A DNA stretch of 64,000 nucleotides. Source: an uncultured Candidatus Saccharibacteria bacterium. GTDB taxonomy: Bacteria > Patescibacteriota > Saccharimonadia > Saccharimonadales > VXPC01. A program made the translations under genes and the position numbers. Below are positions 1 to 10,507 of the stretch, in pieces. The stretch lies in NCBI GenBank assembly GCA_964534605.1, contig CAZHOS010000001.1:39198-103197 (forward strand), in the 5' to 3' direction. The notes under the pieces were generated by a model. That model was not told the DNA's origin. It ran no database searches and was given only the letters and a program-made list of their open reading frames with translations. Position 1 is the first letter of the stretch. The number at the start of each line of letters is the position of its first letter.

Positions 1-147
1 CCATAGCTTCGTATACAATGCGCTCGGCTGTTTGCTTTTTGCCGTCTAGCATAATCTTGTTAATAAGGCGCGAGACTAGTACGGACTCGTATTTACGGTC
101 TGGTTTGATATCGCGGATTAGTGATTTGGTCTTTTTTCGTGGCATGT
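1..147 (-). CDS. rpsG: 30S ribosomal protein S7, N-terminal part (gene runs off the window start)
   Basis: Reverse-complement translation from the ATG at 147 reads [48 protein letters not shown], a typical S7 N-terminus. Lies downstream of rpsL as in the str operon. Confidence 0.85.
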
Positions 148-448
148 TGTTCCTTTTCTAATAGCACATCAGCTTTAGAGAGTGGTCACTCCGTCTAATC
201 GCGTGGCAATTTCCCCAGAGTACCATTATGTACGCCTAAGTAAATTGTCCTTGTATTATATGTAGTGACCCTTGGCTAAAAGTCGTTGTTTATCTATTGT
301 TAATTATATGTGGATCATAGATCCATTTAGCTGAGTGTTGGTTTTTCTAGTTTCTAGAAGACAATTCTGGAGAGCTTTAGACTCCCACTGAAGTATCTAG
401 ATTAGATCCTAGCTAAAAGACTGCTTATCACAGCCCAATAGTCAAGAA

Positions 449-856
449 CTAAGCTTTTTTCGCGCCGTATTTGCTGCGTGAGCTCTTGCGGTCTTCTACG
501 CCCTGGAGGTCTAGGCGACCACGAACGATATGGTAGCGTACACCTGGTAGGTCTGGAACACGTCCGCCGCGGATCATAACAACAGCGTGCTCTTGCAGGT
601 TGTGACCTTCGCCTGGAATATACGCCCATACTTCGTGACCATTAGTTAGGCGTACACGAGCCACTTTACGTAGGGCCGAGTTAGGCTTCTTTGGAGTCTT
701 GGTTGTTACCTTGACGCAGACGCCTCGCTTGAACGGGGCAGGCTTCTCGTAGATACGTGTCTTAAGGGTGTTGTTGACCTGCTGTAGTGCAGGAGACTTA
801 CTCTTGGACTTTGTGCTCTTGCGAGGTTTACGGATTAGTTGATTTATTGTTGGCAT
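449..856 (-). CDS. rpsL: 30S ribosomal protein S12
   Basis: ORF 449..952 contains [14 protein letters not shown]...[18 protein letters not shown], the canonical S12 sequence. The start is placed at the internal Met (ATG at 856) where the S12 consensus begins. Confidence 0.9.
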   Translation of the reverse strand: MPTINQLIRKPRKSTKSKSKSPALQQVNNTLKTRIYEKPAPFKRGVCVKVTTKTPKKPNSALRKVARVRLTNGHEVWAYIPGEGHNLQEHAVVMIRGGRVPDLPGVRYHIVRGRLDLQGVEDRKSSRSKYGAKKA

Positions 857-1119
857 GTATTCCTTGTTACTTGCGGAACGGTTCGTTTGGCGTCTACCAA
901 GTGTTTTGACTGCGGGATTTGCTTCGACGTACTTAGGAGTACGTCTCCGCAACTGTCCTGCTCAAGAACACTTGATATGCATCCAAACACTCCCATTCCT
1001 TATCTTCTTCAGAAAGCTCTTCGAATTACAGCTTACCAAGTGAAGGTTTGATATTTGAATCTTACAAATTTTAACAGATGTCGAGTGGTCCGTCAACGGT
1101 GGTGGCGGGGTCGCTGGTT

Positions 1120-4100
1120 CTAGGCTGCTTCTGCAGCAAACTCTTCTTCTAGAGCTTCTTCTGGCTCTGGGTCCGGGATTGCCCCTGTACCTACTGGGAT
1201 CTTGCGACCCAGAATGACGTTTTCTTTTAGACCCTTGAGGTGGTCGACCTTGCCGCTGGTTGCCGCAGCAATTAGCACACGTGTCGTGTCCTGGAAACTG
1301 GCTGCAGACAAGAAGCTGTCAGACCAAGTACTCACCTTGGTTATGCCAAGTAGTAGCTGAGTGAACTCGCAAGGTGTCTTGCCTTGTTCGACCAGCTGCC
1401 TGTTGACCTCCGTCGCTGCAACCTTGCTAACTACGTCGCCGTTAACAAAGTCCGTATCACCGACGTCTTCGATCTGAACTCGGCTAAACATCTGGCGGAT
1501 TATCAGCTCGAAATGCTTGTCAGAAACGTGCTTACCCTGCATAGCAAAGATACGGCTTACTTCGTTAAGGATGTAGCGCTGGGCAGCCTCGACACCATTA
1601 AGCGCCATTACTTCGCGCAGGTCGAGTGAACCACCTGTTAGACGATCGCCCTTCTTGACCTTGTCGCCGTCAGCCACGAGCAGCTGCTTGAATCCTGGGA
1701 TTTCGTAACGAGCGCTCTCTTCTGACTCTGGCGTGATATGAATAGCCGTCTTGCTAACCTCTGCAACGCCGGATTCTGGAGCGATCAGTGGGTCCTCACC
1801 GCCTTTATTGTCAGCGATGACGTCGCCCTTAACGACAGTTGTACCAGTGGCCACCTGTGCCTTGCGGCCTTCTAGTGGCAATTCGATGACGTTTGCGTCC
1901 CCACCGGTTACCTGAACGATGTAGAAGTTCCCGTCTTCCCAGATACGGACGTTACCATCGATCTTTGATAGGAAGGCGATACCTTTTGGACTGCGTGCTT
2001 CGAACAACTCTTCTACACGGTTTAGACCGCTCGATGTCTCGTCGCTAACGCTAGCCTGACCACCGGTGTGCTTACTGTCTAGTGACAGCTGAGTACCAGG
2101 CTCACCAATACTCTGAGCTGCGATTACACCAACTGGGTGCTTCTCGGCTACAAGCTGGCCGCTAGCTGGGTCGATACCATAGCTACGCTTTGGTATACCG
2201 TCTAAGTTAGGCGCTGATAGTAAGCTTAGGATCTTGACTACTTCGATAGACTCGTCGGCCTCGATTTGCTCGGCTATTTCGCGGGTTATTAGATCGCCAC
2301 GCTTGAGTAGTTTACCGACCTTTTCGGCTGTGTAGCGTCCTTCTAGACGACTTGCGTAGGTGATACCTACATACTGTGCATCCTTGCGGTACAGCGGGAA
2401 GCCTTGGTCTAACTCGTCGTCCTCGACAGTAAACACATCCTGAGACACGTCCACAAGCCTTCTAGTCAGATAACCAGAGTCAGCTGTACGCAGAGCGATG
2501 TCCACGAGCGTCTTACGTGCACCACGAGTGGAGACGAAATACTCTAGGGTTGGCAGACCATTTAGGAAGTTACTGTTAACTGGTAGCTCGATTGCGTTAC
2601 CAGAAGTGTCAGCCAAAACACCGACAGATGCTGTAACTTGCTTGACCTGACCGACGTTACCACGCGCACCAGATGTGACAGCGACAGACATAGCTGTATC
2701 AGTGTCCTTGAACTGAGCAGACACGAGCTCTTGAATCTTGCTGTTAACCTCAAACCATGTCTCGACGGTTAGACGGTAGCGTTCGTCGTCGGTGATGAAG
2801 CCTTGCTCGTACTGATCAGAGATCTTGGCAGACTTTGATTCCCCTCCTTCTAGAAGCGTATCGACGCCTTCGATCTTAGGGAAGTCACCCATACCCATAC
2901 TTAGGCCAGACTGTGTTGCGTACTCGAACGATAGGTCTTTTAGGTCGTCGGCGATACGAGCAGTCTCGTCGGCGCCGTACTTTTCGTAGACAAGTGACAT
3001 GACTTTTTGGATCTGCTTCTTGGTCATAGCGTCGTTTTGGTACGGGAAGTCATCTGGGAACAGCTCGTTAAAGAGCATGCGTCCGATGGTTGTCTCGCGT
3101 AGCTCGCCGCGGAAACGTGCCTTAATCGGTGTTTGCAATTTGATAGCGTCCGACTCGTAAGCAAACATGGCTTCGTTAAGGCTACCGAAAGCTTTAAGCA
3201 CCTTGTCGGCCTCTAACTTGCTGTAAGTCATGTAGTAGGCACCGAGAACGATGTCTTGCTCGAGGTGGAGTATCGGCGTACCGTCTGCAGGTAGCAGTAG
3301 GTTACGGCTTGCGACCATCAGTTCGCGGGCTTCTTTTTGTGCCTTTTCTGACAGTGGAAGGTGAACAGCCATTTGGTCACCATCGAAGTCGGCGTTAAAG
3401 CCTTTACATACGAGTGGGTGCAACTGGATGGCTTTACCCTCGATAAGACGTGGTTTGAAGGCCTGCACTGAAAGCCTGTGAAGACTCGGTGCACGGTTTA
3501 GTAGGACGTACTTGCCCTCGATACTCTCGTCTAGTGCGTCCCAGACCTCTACCTCACCAGCTTCGATCATACGGGTTGCGCTGCGGATGTTGTGGGCTTG
3601 TTCTTTTTCGATCAAGCGGCCAATAACAAATGGCTTAAACAGCTCTAGAGCCATCATCTTTGGCAGGCCACATTCGTCCATACGAAGTGTTGGGCCAGAT
3701 ACAATTACCGAACGACCAGAGTAGTCAACACGCTTACCAAGTAGGTTCTGACGGAAACGCCCTTGCTTACCCTTGAGCATGTCGGCCAAGCTCTTTAGCT
3801 TACGTCGTTGTCCGTTGCTGCTAACAGCACGGCCACTACGCGAGGCATTGTTGTCGATCAGAGCATCTACGGCTTCTTGAAGCATGCGCTTCTCGTTGCG
3901 ACGGATAACTTCTGGGGCCTTGAGGTCGTTGAGCTTCTTGAGGCGGTTGTTACGGTTGATGACGCGGCGGTAAAGGTCGTTAAGGTCGCTGGTTGCAAAG
4001 CGTCCACCAGTTAGCTGTACCATCGGACGTAGGTCGGGTGGGATCACTGGCAAGATTGTTAAACACATGTCTTGTGGCTTGATGCCGGCTTTCTTCATGC

Positions 4101-4944
4101 CTTCTAGTGTACGTAGGCGCTTGAGGATCTTCTTTTTACGCTGACCCTTTGTTGTTTCGGCCTCTTTTTCGAGGTCCTTGATCAACTGGTCAGGATCGAT
4201 GCTCTCGAGCATAACTTTGATAGCGTCGCCACCCATGTCGACCTTGACAAGGTCTTGGTATTCGTCTGGTAAGTCTCGATATTCTGTCTCGCTGATGAGG
4301 GCGTGAAGACTAAGGCTCTTAAGCTGTATCTTTTTGGTGTCGTACTCTTCGGCTAGCTCGTCTAGCTCCTTCGTCTGTGACTCGGCGATCTCGGTTGCGT
4401 TAGCACCTTCTTCTTGGGCTAGCTTCTCGTGACGGACCTTGACGGCTGCCTGAGCAGCTTCGTGCTCGGCATCGTTGTCGGTCAGCATCTTATCGCGAGC
4501 TTCTTCGTCGACTTCCAGTATTAGGTAGCTTGCAAAGTAAACTACTCGCTCCAAGCTCTTGACAGTCATGTTGGTAATCTGACCGATAGTGCTTGGCACC
4601 CCACGTAGGAACCAGATGTGTGTTACTGGTGCCGCAAGTGTGATGTGGGCCATGCGTTCGCGGCGAACGATTGACTTGGTGACTATCTCGCCGTTCTTGT
4701 CGACAGCTGCTTCGCGGGAGCGAATACCCTTGAACTTAGCGTCGTGTGGGTTGAGGTCTTTGGTTGGGCCAAAGATACGCTCGCAGAAAAGACCGTCTTT
4801 TTCTGGCTTCTGGGTGCGGTAGTTGATTGTTTCTGGTTTTAGGACTTCTCCGTGTGACCATTCGGCTATGTCGGCATTGCTAGCAATGCTTAGTTTGACT
4901 GCGTCGAAGTCTGAAAAGTTTGTTCCGCCTTGTACGTTCTTCAT
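1120..4944 (-). CDS. rpoC: DNA-directed RNA polymerase subunit beta'
   Basis: 1274 aa with NADFDGDQMAVHLPLS catalytic motif and zinc-binding N-terminus. A strong GGAGG SD lies inside the rpoB 3' end, 2 bp after the rpoB stop. Confidence 0.97.
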   Translation of the reverse strand: MKNVQGGTNFSDFDAVKLSIASNADIAEWSHGEVLKPETINYRTQKPEKDGLFCERIFGPTKDLNPHDAKFKGIRSREAAVDKNGEIVTKSIVRRERMAHITLAAPVTHIWFLRGVPSTIGQITNMTVKSLERVVYFASYLILEVDEEARDKMLTDNDAEHEAAQAAVKVRHEKLAQEEGANATEIAESQTKELDELAEEYDTKKIQLKSLSLHALISETEYRDLPDEYQDLVKVDMGGDAIKVMLESIDPDQLIKDLEKEAETTKGQRKKKILKRLRTLEGMKKAGIKPQDMCLTILPVIPPDLRPMVQLTGGRFATSDLNDLYRRVINRNNRLKKLNDLKAPEVIRRNEKRMLQEAVDALIDNNASRSGRAVSSNGQRRKLKSLADMLKGKQGRFRQNLLGKRVDYSGRSVIVSGPTLRMDECGLPKMMALELFKPFVIGRLIEKEQAHNIRSATRMIEAGEVEVWDALDESIEGKYVLLNRAPSLHRLSVQAFKPRLIEGKAIQLHPLVCKGFNADFDGDQMAVHLPLSEKAQKEARELMVASRNLLLPADGTPILHLEQDIVLGAYYMTYSKLEADKVLKAFGSLNEAMFAYESDAIKLQTPIKARFRGELRETTIGRMLFNELFPDDFPYQNDAMTKKQIQKVMSLVYEKYGADETARIADDLKDLSFEYATQSGLSMGMGDFPKIEGVDTLLEGGESKSAKISDQYEQGFITDDERYRLTVETWFEVNSKIQELVSAQFKDTDTAMSVAVTSGARGNVGQVKQVTASVGVLADTSGNAIELPVNSNFLNGLPTLEYFVSTRGARKTLVDIALRTADSGYLTRRLVDVSQDVFTVEDDELDQGFPLYRKDAQYVGITYASRLEGRYTAEKVGKLLKRGDLITREIAEQIEADESIEVVKILSLLSAPNLDGIPKRSYGIDPASGQLVAEKHPVGVIAAQSIGEPGTQLSLDSKHTGGQASVSDETSSGLNRVEELFEARSPKGIAFLSKIDGNVRIWEDGNFYIVQVTGGDANVIELPLEGRKAQVATGTTVVKGDVIADNKGGEDPLIAPESGVAEVSKTAIHITPESEESARYEIPGFKQLLVADGDKVKKGDRLTGGSLDLREVMALNGVEAAQRYILNEVSRIFAMQGKHVSDKHFELIIRQMFSRVQIEDVGDTDFVNGDVVSKVAATEVNRQLVEQGKTPCEFTQLLLGITKVSTWSDSFLSAASFQDTTRVLIAAATSGKVDHLKGLKENVILGRKIPVGTGAIPDPEPEEALEEEFAAEAA

Positions 4945-4946
4945 GT

Positions 4947-7900
4947 TTAAGCCTCCCCTTCTTTCTCTACGGTGTCGTCAGCGTCTTCTGAGTTGTCCGC
5001 AATTAATTCTTCTTTCTCTACTGCATCGTCTGAGGTATCTTCTGCGAACTCGCTAGCAACGTCGTCTTCTGTTGGTGGTTGTCCGTTGTCGTCAGCAGGT
5101 ACCTGAACAGCTGGGTCTACAGTCGTCTTGCTTTTGACGGTTTCTTCGAGTAGTACTTCAGCGTCTACGGTTGTGTTCGTCTCGGCGTCAATCAAGTCTA
5201 CCTTAAGTGCAAGGCCTTGGAGTTCTTTCACTAGAACGTTAAAGCTCTCTGGTACCTTCGGACTAATGATGTCAGTCTGCTTAATGATCGACTCGTAGGC
5301 CTTAGCGCGTCCAAAGACGTCGTCGGACTTGAGCGTCAACATCTCTTGTAGTGTACTGGCAGCGCCGTAGGCTTCGAGTGCCCAGACTTCCATCTCTCCG
5401 AACCTTTGACCACCATTTTGCGCCTTACCACCAAGTGGTTGCTGGGTGACCATTGTGTATGGTCCTGTAGAACGGGCGTGGATCTTGTCGTTAGCCATGT
5501 GGTTAAGCTTGAAGACGTACATAAGCCCTAGTGTGGTGCGCTCCTTGAACGGTTCGCCTGTACGTCCGTCGAATAGCTGTTGCTTACCGTCATCTGGCAG
5601 ACCTGCTTCCTTAAGTAGCTCGGCTACCTTGTCGTTAGCAACACCGTCGAATGGCGCTGATGTAACCTTGAGGCCCAGTGCTTCTGCAGCCATACCAAGG
5701 TGAGCCTCGAAGAGCTGACCAATGTTCATACGCGATGGAACACCTAGCGGGTTAAGTAGCATGTCGACAGGACGGCCGTCTTCTGTATATGGCATGTCTT
5801 CTGCTGGTAACACACGGGCGATAACACCCTTGTTACCATGACGACCGGCTAGCTTGTCTCCAACCTGAATTTTACGTGTCTGGGCAACAAATACTTGGAT
5901 CTGCTTGAGAACACCGGCCTTCAATGTGTGGCCGTTCTCTTTACTAAAGACGCGTACACCAACAACCTTACCGTGCTTGGCGTTAGGCATACGGCGAGAG
6001 GTGTCACGAACGTCCTTGGCTTTTTCGCCAAAGATGGCGCGCAGCAGTCGCTCTTCGCTAGACAACTCTTGTTCACCCTTCGGGGTGATCTTACCAACCA
6101 AGATGTCACCAGGGTTCACCTCGGCACCGATCCTAACAACACCTTCGTCGTCTAGGTGGCGCAGGGCTTCCTCTGATACGTTAGGTATGTCGCGGGTGAT
6201 TAGCTCGGGACCAAGCTTGGTCTCGCGGACTTCGATCATGTAGTCGGTGATGTTGATGCTTGTAAAGGTATCTTCTTTAACGAGTCGGTCGCTAACAATG
6301 ATGGCATCTTCGAAGTTGTAACCGCTCCAAGGCATAAGTGCCACAAGAACGTCTTTACCGAGTGCTAGTTCGCCGTCGTCAATTGACGTACCCTCTAGAA
6401 TTACGTCGCCGGCCTTGAGTTTTTGACCGCTAGAAACCATGACACGCTGTGTCATTGCAGTACCGTTGTTACTTAGCTGGAATAGTGACGGCTTGTAGTG
6501 GGCGGTACGGCCTTTGTACTTGACGACTACTTCCTCGGCAGTTGCTTTGGTGACTTCACCATCTGCGTCTGCGTATACAATGCGTCCAGAGTTACGAGCG
6601 ATGACTTCCTCTAGTCCGGTGCCGACAACTGGTGCCTCTGGCTTGATTAGAGGGATGGCCTGCTTGGCCTGGTTAGAGCCTACAAGGCTACGAAGAACGT
6701 AGTCTTTTTCGATGAACGGGATAAGCCCGGCGCTCGAGCCAATAATCTGCTTCTTGCTGGAGTCCATGTGGGTGATTTCTTCGGCATCGTACTCACCAGC
6801 TACACCAGCTTTACGACCACGGATACGTGCATCAACAAGGAAACCGTCGTCATCAGTTTGCGTACCTGCACCTGCAATGGTAGCTGCTTGTTCTTCGTCA
6901 GAGTCTAGGTATACAGCCTTCTTGTTAAGGCGTGGCTTAACAGGCCAGGTAGCCTGATCCTTTGCCTTTTCTAGCTTCTTGGCGTCTGCTGCAGTAATAG
7001 TCTTGCCAGCCTTGACCACTACTTTACCGTCAACCTCTAGATCGACTGTAGCTATCTCGCCAATTGCATCTTTAGCGGTGACGTTGCTCTTGACTGGATA
7101 GTAAGGAGTCTCTAGGAAGCCGTACTCGTTAACACGGGCATGCATAGCCATGTTTAACACCAACCCGATGTTTGGACCCTCTGGGGTCTCGACAGGACAG
7201 ATACGTCCGTAGTGGGTTGTGTGGGCGTCACGTACTTCGAAGCCTGCGCGTTCGCGGCTAAGTCCACCTGGGCCCATAGAGCTAAGGCGTCGTTTGTGGG
7301 CAAGCTCGGATAGTGGGTTTACTTGGTCCATAAACTGACTAAGCTGCGAGCTAGCAAAGAACTCGCGAACCGCAGCTACAACTGGGCGGGCGTTGATAAG
7401 CTGGCCGGGTGTGACGGTCTCGATCTCACTCATGGACATGCGGTCTTTTGTGTTGCGCTCCATACGTAGCAAACCAACACGGAACTGGCGCTGTACAAGC
7501 TCGCCTACTAGCTTGACACGGCGGTTACTGAGGCTGTCGATGTCATCGGCGGCTTCTTGGGTGTTATTAAGACGGATAACCTCGGCAACGATGGCAACCA
7601 AGTCCTCGATACGGAGGACACGGTTCTCGGCAGTGTTAGGTACATCTAGGTCGAGACGCTTGTTGACCTTGTAGCGTCCCACACGTGAGAAGTCGAACTT
7701 CTTGTAGCTAAAGAACATGCTTTCTAGCAGTGTGCGTGCGTTATCGATAGTGGCTAAGTCGCCAGGGCGTAGTCGGCGGTAGACTTCGATAAGGGCTTCG
7801 TTAGCACCACGAGCAGTGTCTTTCTCTAGGGTGGCGTCAATATAGTTATGTTCGCCTTGGTCTACGTGCTTGAAGGCGTCTTTCATGGCAGCGTCTGTCA

Positions 7901-8501
7901 TGCCTAGGGAGCGGAGAAAGGTAGTGATGGCTACTTTTCGGCGTCTATCGATCTTGACGAAGATTGCACCGTTATTGGCGGTCTCGATCTCTAGCCACGC
8001 ACCTCGTCCAGGTATAACCTTGGCGCCGTAGTTATTCTTGCGACCTGCATTAGCGCTGGTGAAGTAAACGCCAGGGCTACGTACAAGCTGGCTAACAACG
8101 ACACGCTCGGCGCCGTTAACGACAAATGTACCGCGCGATGTCATCCATGGGTAATCGCCCATGTAGATCTCTTGGTCTTTGACCTCGCCTGTAACTTTGT
8201 TGGTAAGCTCTACAACTGCCTTAAGCGATACTTCGTAGCTGGTGTTGTTCTCTCTGGCGTCATGCTCTGTGAGCTTTGGCTCTTCGAAGAAATAGCTCTT
8301 GAAGCGAAGGCTTAGCTTCTCGCCAGTGTAATCGTCGATTTCTCCTAGTTCTGCAAACAGCTCGCCTAGACCCTCCTCGATAAACCACTGGAACGATACG
8401 TTCTGGTGGGCTATCAGGTTTTCTAGATCTATGTCTGTGTTGTCTGAGAACGACTTTCTTTTAATATTAGCTTTGGCTTTTACGACTTTTGTGTCGGGCA
8501 T
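4947..8501 (-). CDS. rpoB: DNA-directed RNA polymerase subunit beta, with an acidic C-terminal tail
   Basis: ORF 4947..8606 carries rpoB motifs throughout. Start placed at the ATG at 8501 (MPDTKVVKAKANIKRKSF...) preceded by GGGAG. The C-terminus ends in a D/E-rich tail of about 50 aa. Confidence 0.93.
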   Translation of the reverse strand: MPDTKVVKAKANIKRKSFSDNTDIDLENLIAHQNVSFQWFIEEGLGELFAELGEIDDYTGEKLSLRFKSYFFEEPKLTEHDARENNTSYEVSLKAVVELTNKVTGEVKDQEIYMGDYPWMTSRGTFVVNGAERVVVSQLVRSPGVYFTSANAGRKNNYGAKVIPGRGAWLEIETANNGAIFVKIDRRRKVAITTFLRSLGMTDAAMKDAFKHVDQGEHNYIDATLEKDTARGANEALIEVYRRLRPGDLATIDNARTLLESMFFSYKKFDFSRVGRYKVNKRLDLDVPNTAENRVLRIEDLVAIVAEVIRLNNTQEAADDIDSLSNRRVKLVGELVQRQFRVGLLRMERNTKDRMSMSEIETVTPGQLINARPVVAAVREFFASSQLSQFMDQVNPLSELAHKRRLSSMGPGGLSRERAGFEVRDAHTTHYGRICPVETPEGPNIGLVLNMAMHARVNEYGFLETPYYPVKSNVTAKDAIGEIATVDLEVDGKVVVKAGKTITAADAKKLEKAKDQATWPVKPRLNKKAVYLDSDEEQAATIAGAGTQTDDDGFLVDARIRGRKAGVAGEYDAEEITHMDSSKKQIIGSSAGLIPFIEKDYVLRSLVGSNQAKQAIPLIKPEAPVVGTGLEEVIARNSGRIVYADADGEVTKATAEEVVVKYKGRTAHYKPSLFQLSNNGTAMTQRVMVSSGQKLKAGDVILEGTSIDDGELALGKDVLVALMPWSGYNFEDAIIVSDRLVKEDTFTSINITDYMIEVRETKLGPELITRDIPNVSEEALRHLDDEGVVRIGAEVNPGDILVGKITPKGEQELSSEERLLRAIFGEKAKDVRDTSRRMPNAKHGKVVGVRVFSKENGHTLKAGVLKQIQVFVAQTRKIQVGDKLAGRHGNKGVIARVLPAEDMPYTEDGRPVDMLLNPLGVPSRMNIGQLFEAHLGMAAEALGLKVTSAPFDGVANDKVAELLKEAGLPDDGKQQLFDGRTGEPFKERTTLGLMYVFKLNHMANDKIHARSTGPYTMVTQQPLGGKAQNGGQRFGEMEVWALEAYGAASTLQEMLTLKSDDVFGRAKAYESIIKQTDIISPKVPESFNVLVKELQGLALKVDLIDAETNTTVDAEVLLEETVKSKTTVDPAVQVPADDNGQPPTEDDVASEFAEDTSDDAVEKEELIADNSEDADDTVEKEGEA

Positions 8502-8792
8502 AAACAAAGGACTCCCTACCTGATAAAGGCTTAAAAATGATGAATGTGAGCGACGAAGGCGGCTCGCTTTTTTATAAATGTTGTTGTTTTTGACGCCGAA
8601 GTTCACCTGGTAGGTTTGCTTCCAACTGTTTTAGGCACAGAGGGAAACAGCCCATGCAATACTACTTCTTAAACACTAGTCTGAGCGTAGACTACAAACT
8701 TGTCAAGAATATATGTTGTGTTATTTACAAACTAGCACTATACCTTTTTTTGTGTGAGAATGCATTATCGAAGCAAGAAAGGCTCTATTTAT

Positions 8793-9716
8793 ATGAACAA
8801 GAACCTATCAATCATCATCTTACTGGCGTCTGCAGTTATAGCCGGGATTGTATTCTCAGCAAATAGAGGCACTCTTAGCGACTCTGACCTACTGCAGGCA
8901 GCAGTCGAGAATAAGTTCTCTCTAACTACTCAGACCATCGAGTACGAAGGCGGCCTAGAAGTCGATGTCGACTACAGCGATGTGTCAAATGTCCTGGCCA
9001 TCGGTACGCTATCGACAAGTGACGGCCAAGCTTATGCAGAATATATAGATGCTAGCGATAACAGAATTTACGTGCGTCTATTGCCGGCTGCCGTAGGAGC
9101 CGACCTGACACAAGAGGTCGGGATAGACTTTACCGACTTGCCAGCAGACGTCATAGATAGATGGGTATACATAAATGATAGCGATCTAGAGCAAGAGTCA
9201 GGCAGTCTGCTGTTCGACACATTCTTTGACTCATCTGTCCCAATAGAGTCTATCGAAGAGTTAAGCGCTACGACACGCGGGGTGTTCCTAGCACTGGGTG
9301 CTAGTTTACAGGGTATATCTACCGTTCACGGCGAAGTACCAGAAGGTAACTTCACAGATGACCAGGCAGATGAACTACTAGATGCATACAACGACCTAGG
9401 CCTCTATACGGTACTTAGTGAAGGCGAGCAGCTAGAGCAAGACGGTCGCAATCTGCGTCGCCTAGAACTAGAGCTCAACACCCAAGCTGCGTCCGAGCTT
9501 AACGCGCTTGTCGAGGGATTCACCGGCCAAGAGTCTAGCTTTGCAAACTTCCTAGGGGCTAACTCTGACTTTACGATCACCATAGACGAAGATACACAAA
9601 GGTTCTTTGAATACTTTGGTGCAGATGGGGTAACCCAGTTGCGTACCGACACGGCCCACGGCTTTGACTACTCAGAAGAGCTGCCTACTGACGCAACCGA
9701 TATACGGGAGCTTTAG
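8793..9716 (+). CDS. hypothetical exported or membrane-anchored acidic protein
   Basis: ORF 8754..9716; the internal Met at 8793 starts MNKNLSIIILLASAVIAGIVFSANRG (signal peptide or TM anchor). The rest is D/E-rich with no recognisable domain. Confidence 0.5.
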   Translation: MNKNLSIIILLASAVIAGIVFSANRGTLSDSDLLQAAVENKFSLTTQTIEYEGGLEVDVDYSDVSNVLAIGTLSTSDGQAYAEYIDASDNRIYVRLLPAAVGADLTQEVGIDFTDLPADVIDRWVYINDSDLEQESGSLLFDTFFDSSVPIESIEELSATTRGVFLALGASLQGISTVHGEVPEGNFTDDQADELLDAYNDLGLYTVLSEGEQLEQDGRNLRRLELELNTQAASELNALVEGFTGQESSFANFLGANSDFTITIDEDTQRFFEYFGADGVTQLRTDTAHGFDYSEELPTDATDIREL

Positions 9717-9819
9717 GGGTTTATCAAAGAAGACACCTGCATGTAATTTTAGTAGCGGCCTATATTGTCAATAAAGGTAAAGGCCGCTTGTCTGGCTGCT
9801 ATCCCCGAAAAAGACTGGG

Positions 9820-10434
9820 TTAGCGCTTTGATATGACTTGGTCGACGATCCCGTAGTCTTTGGCTTCTTTGGCGTTCATGAAGTTGTCGCGGTCCCAGTC
9901 TTTTTGAATCTGGGCGACGGTCTTGCCGGTATGGTTTGCCATAATCTGCGCGAGCGCATGACGGTTCTTGACCATTTCTTCTAAACTGATCTCCATATCG
10001 GTAATTTTACCTTCGGTGCCTGCGCTAGGTTGGTGGATCATCACCTTGGCGCTAGGCAAAATGTGACGCTTGCCCTTGGCCCCTGCTGCTAGCAATACCG
10101 ATCCCATGCTCATTGCCATGCCCATGCCAAATGTCTGTACGTCGGGCTTGATAAACTGCATAGTGTCATAAATAGCCATACCGGCGTGCACAGAGCCTCC
10201 TGGGCTGTTGATATAAAAGTATATATCTTTGTCGGGGTCTGCTTGCTCTAGAAAGAGCATCTGAGCGACTATAGAGTTCGCGCTGTGCATATTAACATCT
10301 GTACCCAAGAATATAATGCGGTCTTTAAGTAGGCGCGAATAAATGTCGTAAGCACGCTCGAAGTTACCTTCTTTTTCTACCACTGTCGGTATAAGTATAG
10401 AGTTGTTTGGGGGTGTATGGTTGCTGTCTTTCAT
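9820..10434 (-). CDS. clpP: ATP-dependent Clp protease proteolytic subunit
   Basis: 204 aa; GMAMSMGS (active Ser), MIHQP (His) and the IFLG core of ClpP. Conserved tig-clpP adjacency. Confidence 0.9.
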   Translation of the reverse strand: MKDSNHTPPNNSILIPTVVEKEGNFERAYDIYSRLLKDRIIFLGTDVNMHSANSIVAQMLFLEQADPDKDIYFYINSPGGSVHAGMAIYDTMQFIKPDVQTFGMGMAMSMGSVLLAAGAKGKRHILPSAKVMIHQPSAGTEGKITDMEISLEEMVKNRHALAQIMANHTGKTVAQIQKDWDRDNFMNAKEAKDYGIVDQVISKR

Positions 10435-10507
10435 ACCAAGATATTAGCACAAAAATTAGCACTCGACAATATAGAGTGCCAACCTTTGTTAATTGGATGT
10501 ATTTATC

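Noticed and set aside
402-1051. Table ORFs 402..629(-), 839..1051(+), 855..1043(+) and the N-terminal 32 codons of ORF 449..952
   Set aside because: They overlap rpsL out of frame, or extend it upstream with non-S12 sequence ([13 protein letters not shown]...). S12 homology begins at [10 protein letters not shown], so the short form 449..856 is used.
1384-8606. Numerous 60-130-aa ORFs on the opposite strand or other frames inside rpoC, rpoB, dnaE, clpC, uvrB, gatA/gatB, pfkB and others (for example 5905..6243+, 3512..3724+, 43031..43219+, 27936..28565+)
   Set aside because: They are embedded antisense or out-of-frame within long, well-supported conserved genes. Their compositionally biased Ser/Arg/Pro-rich translations are typical of spurious frames.
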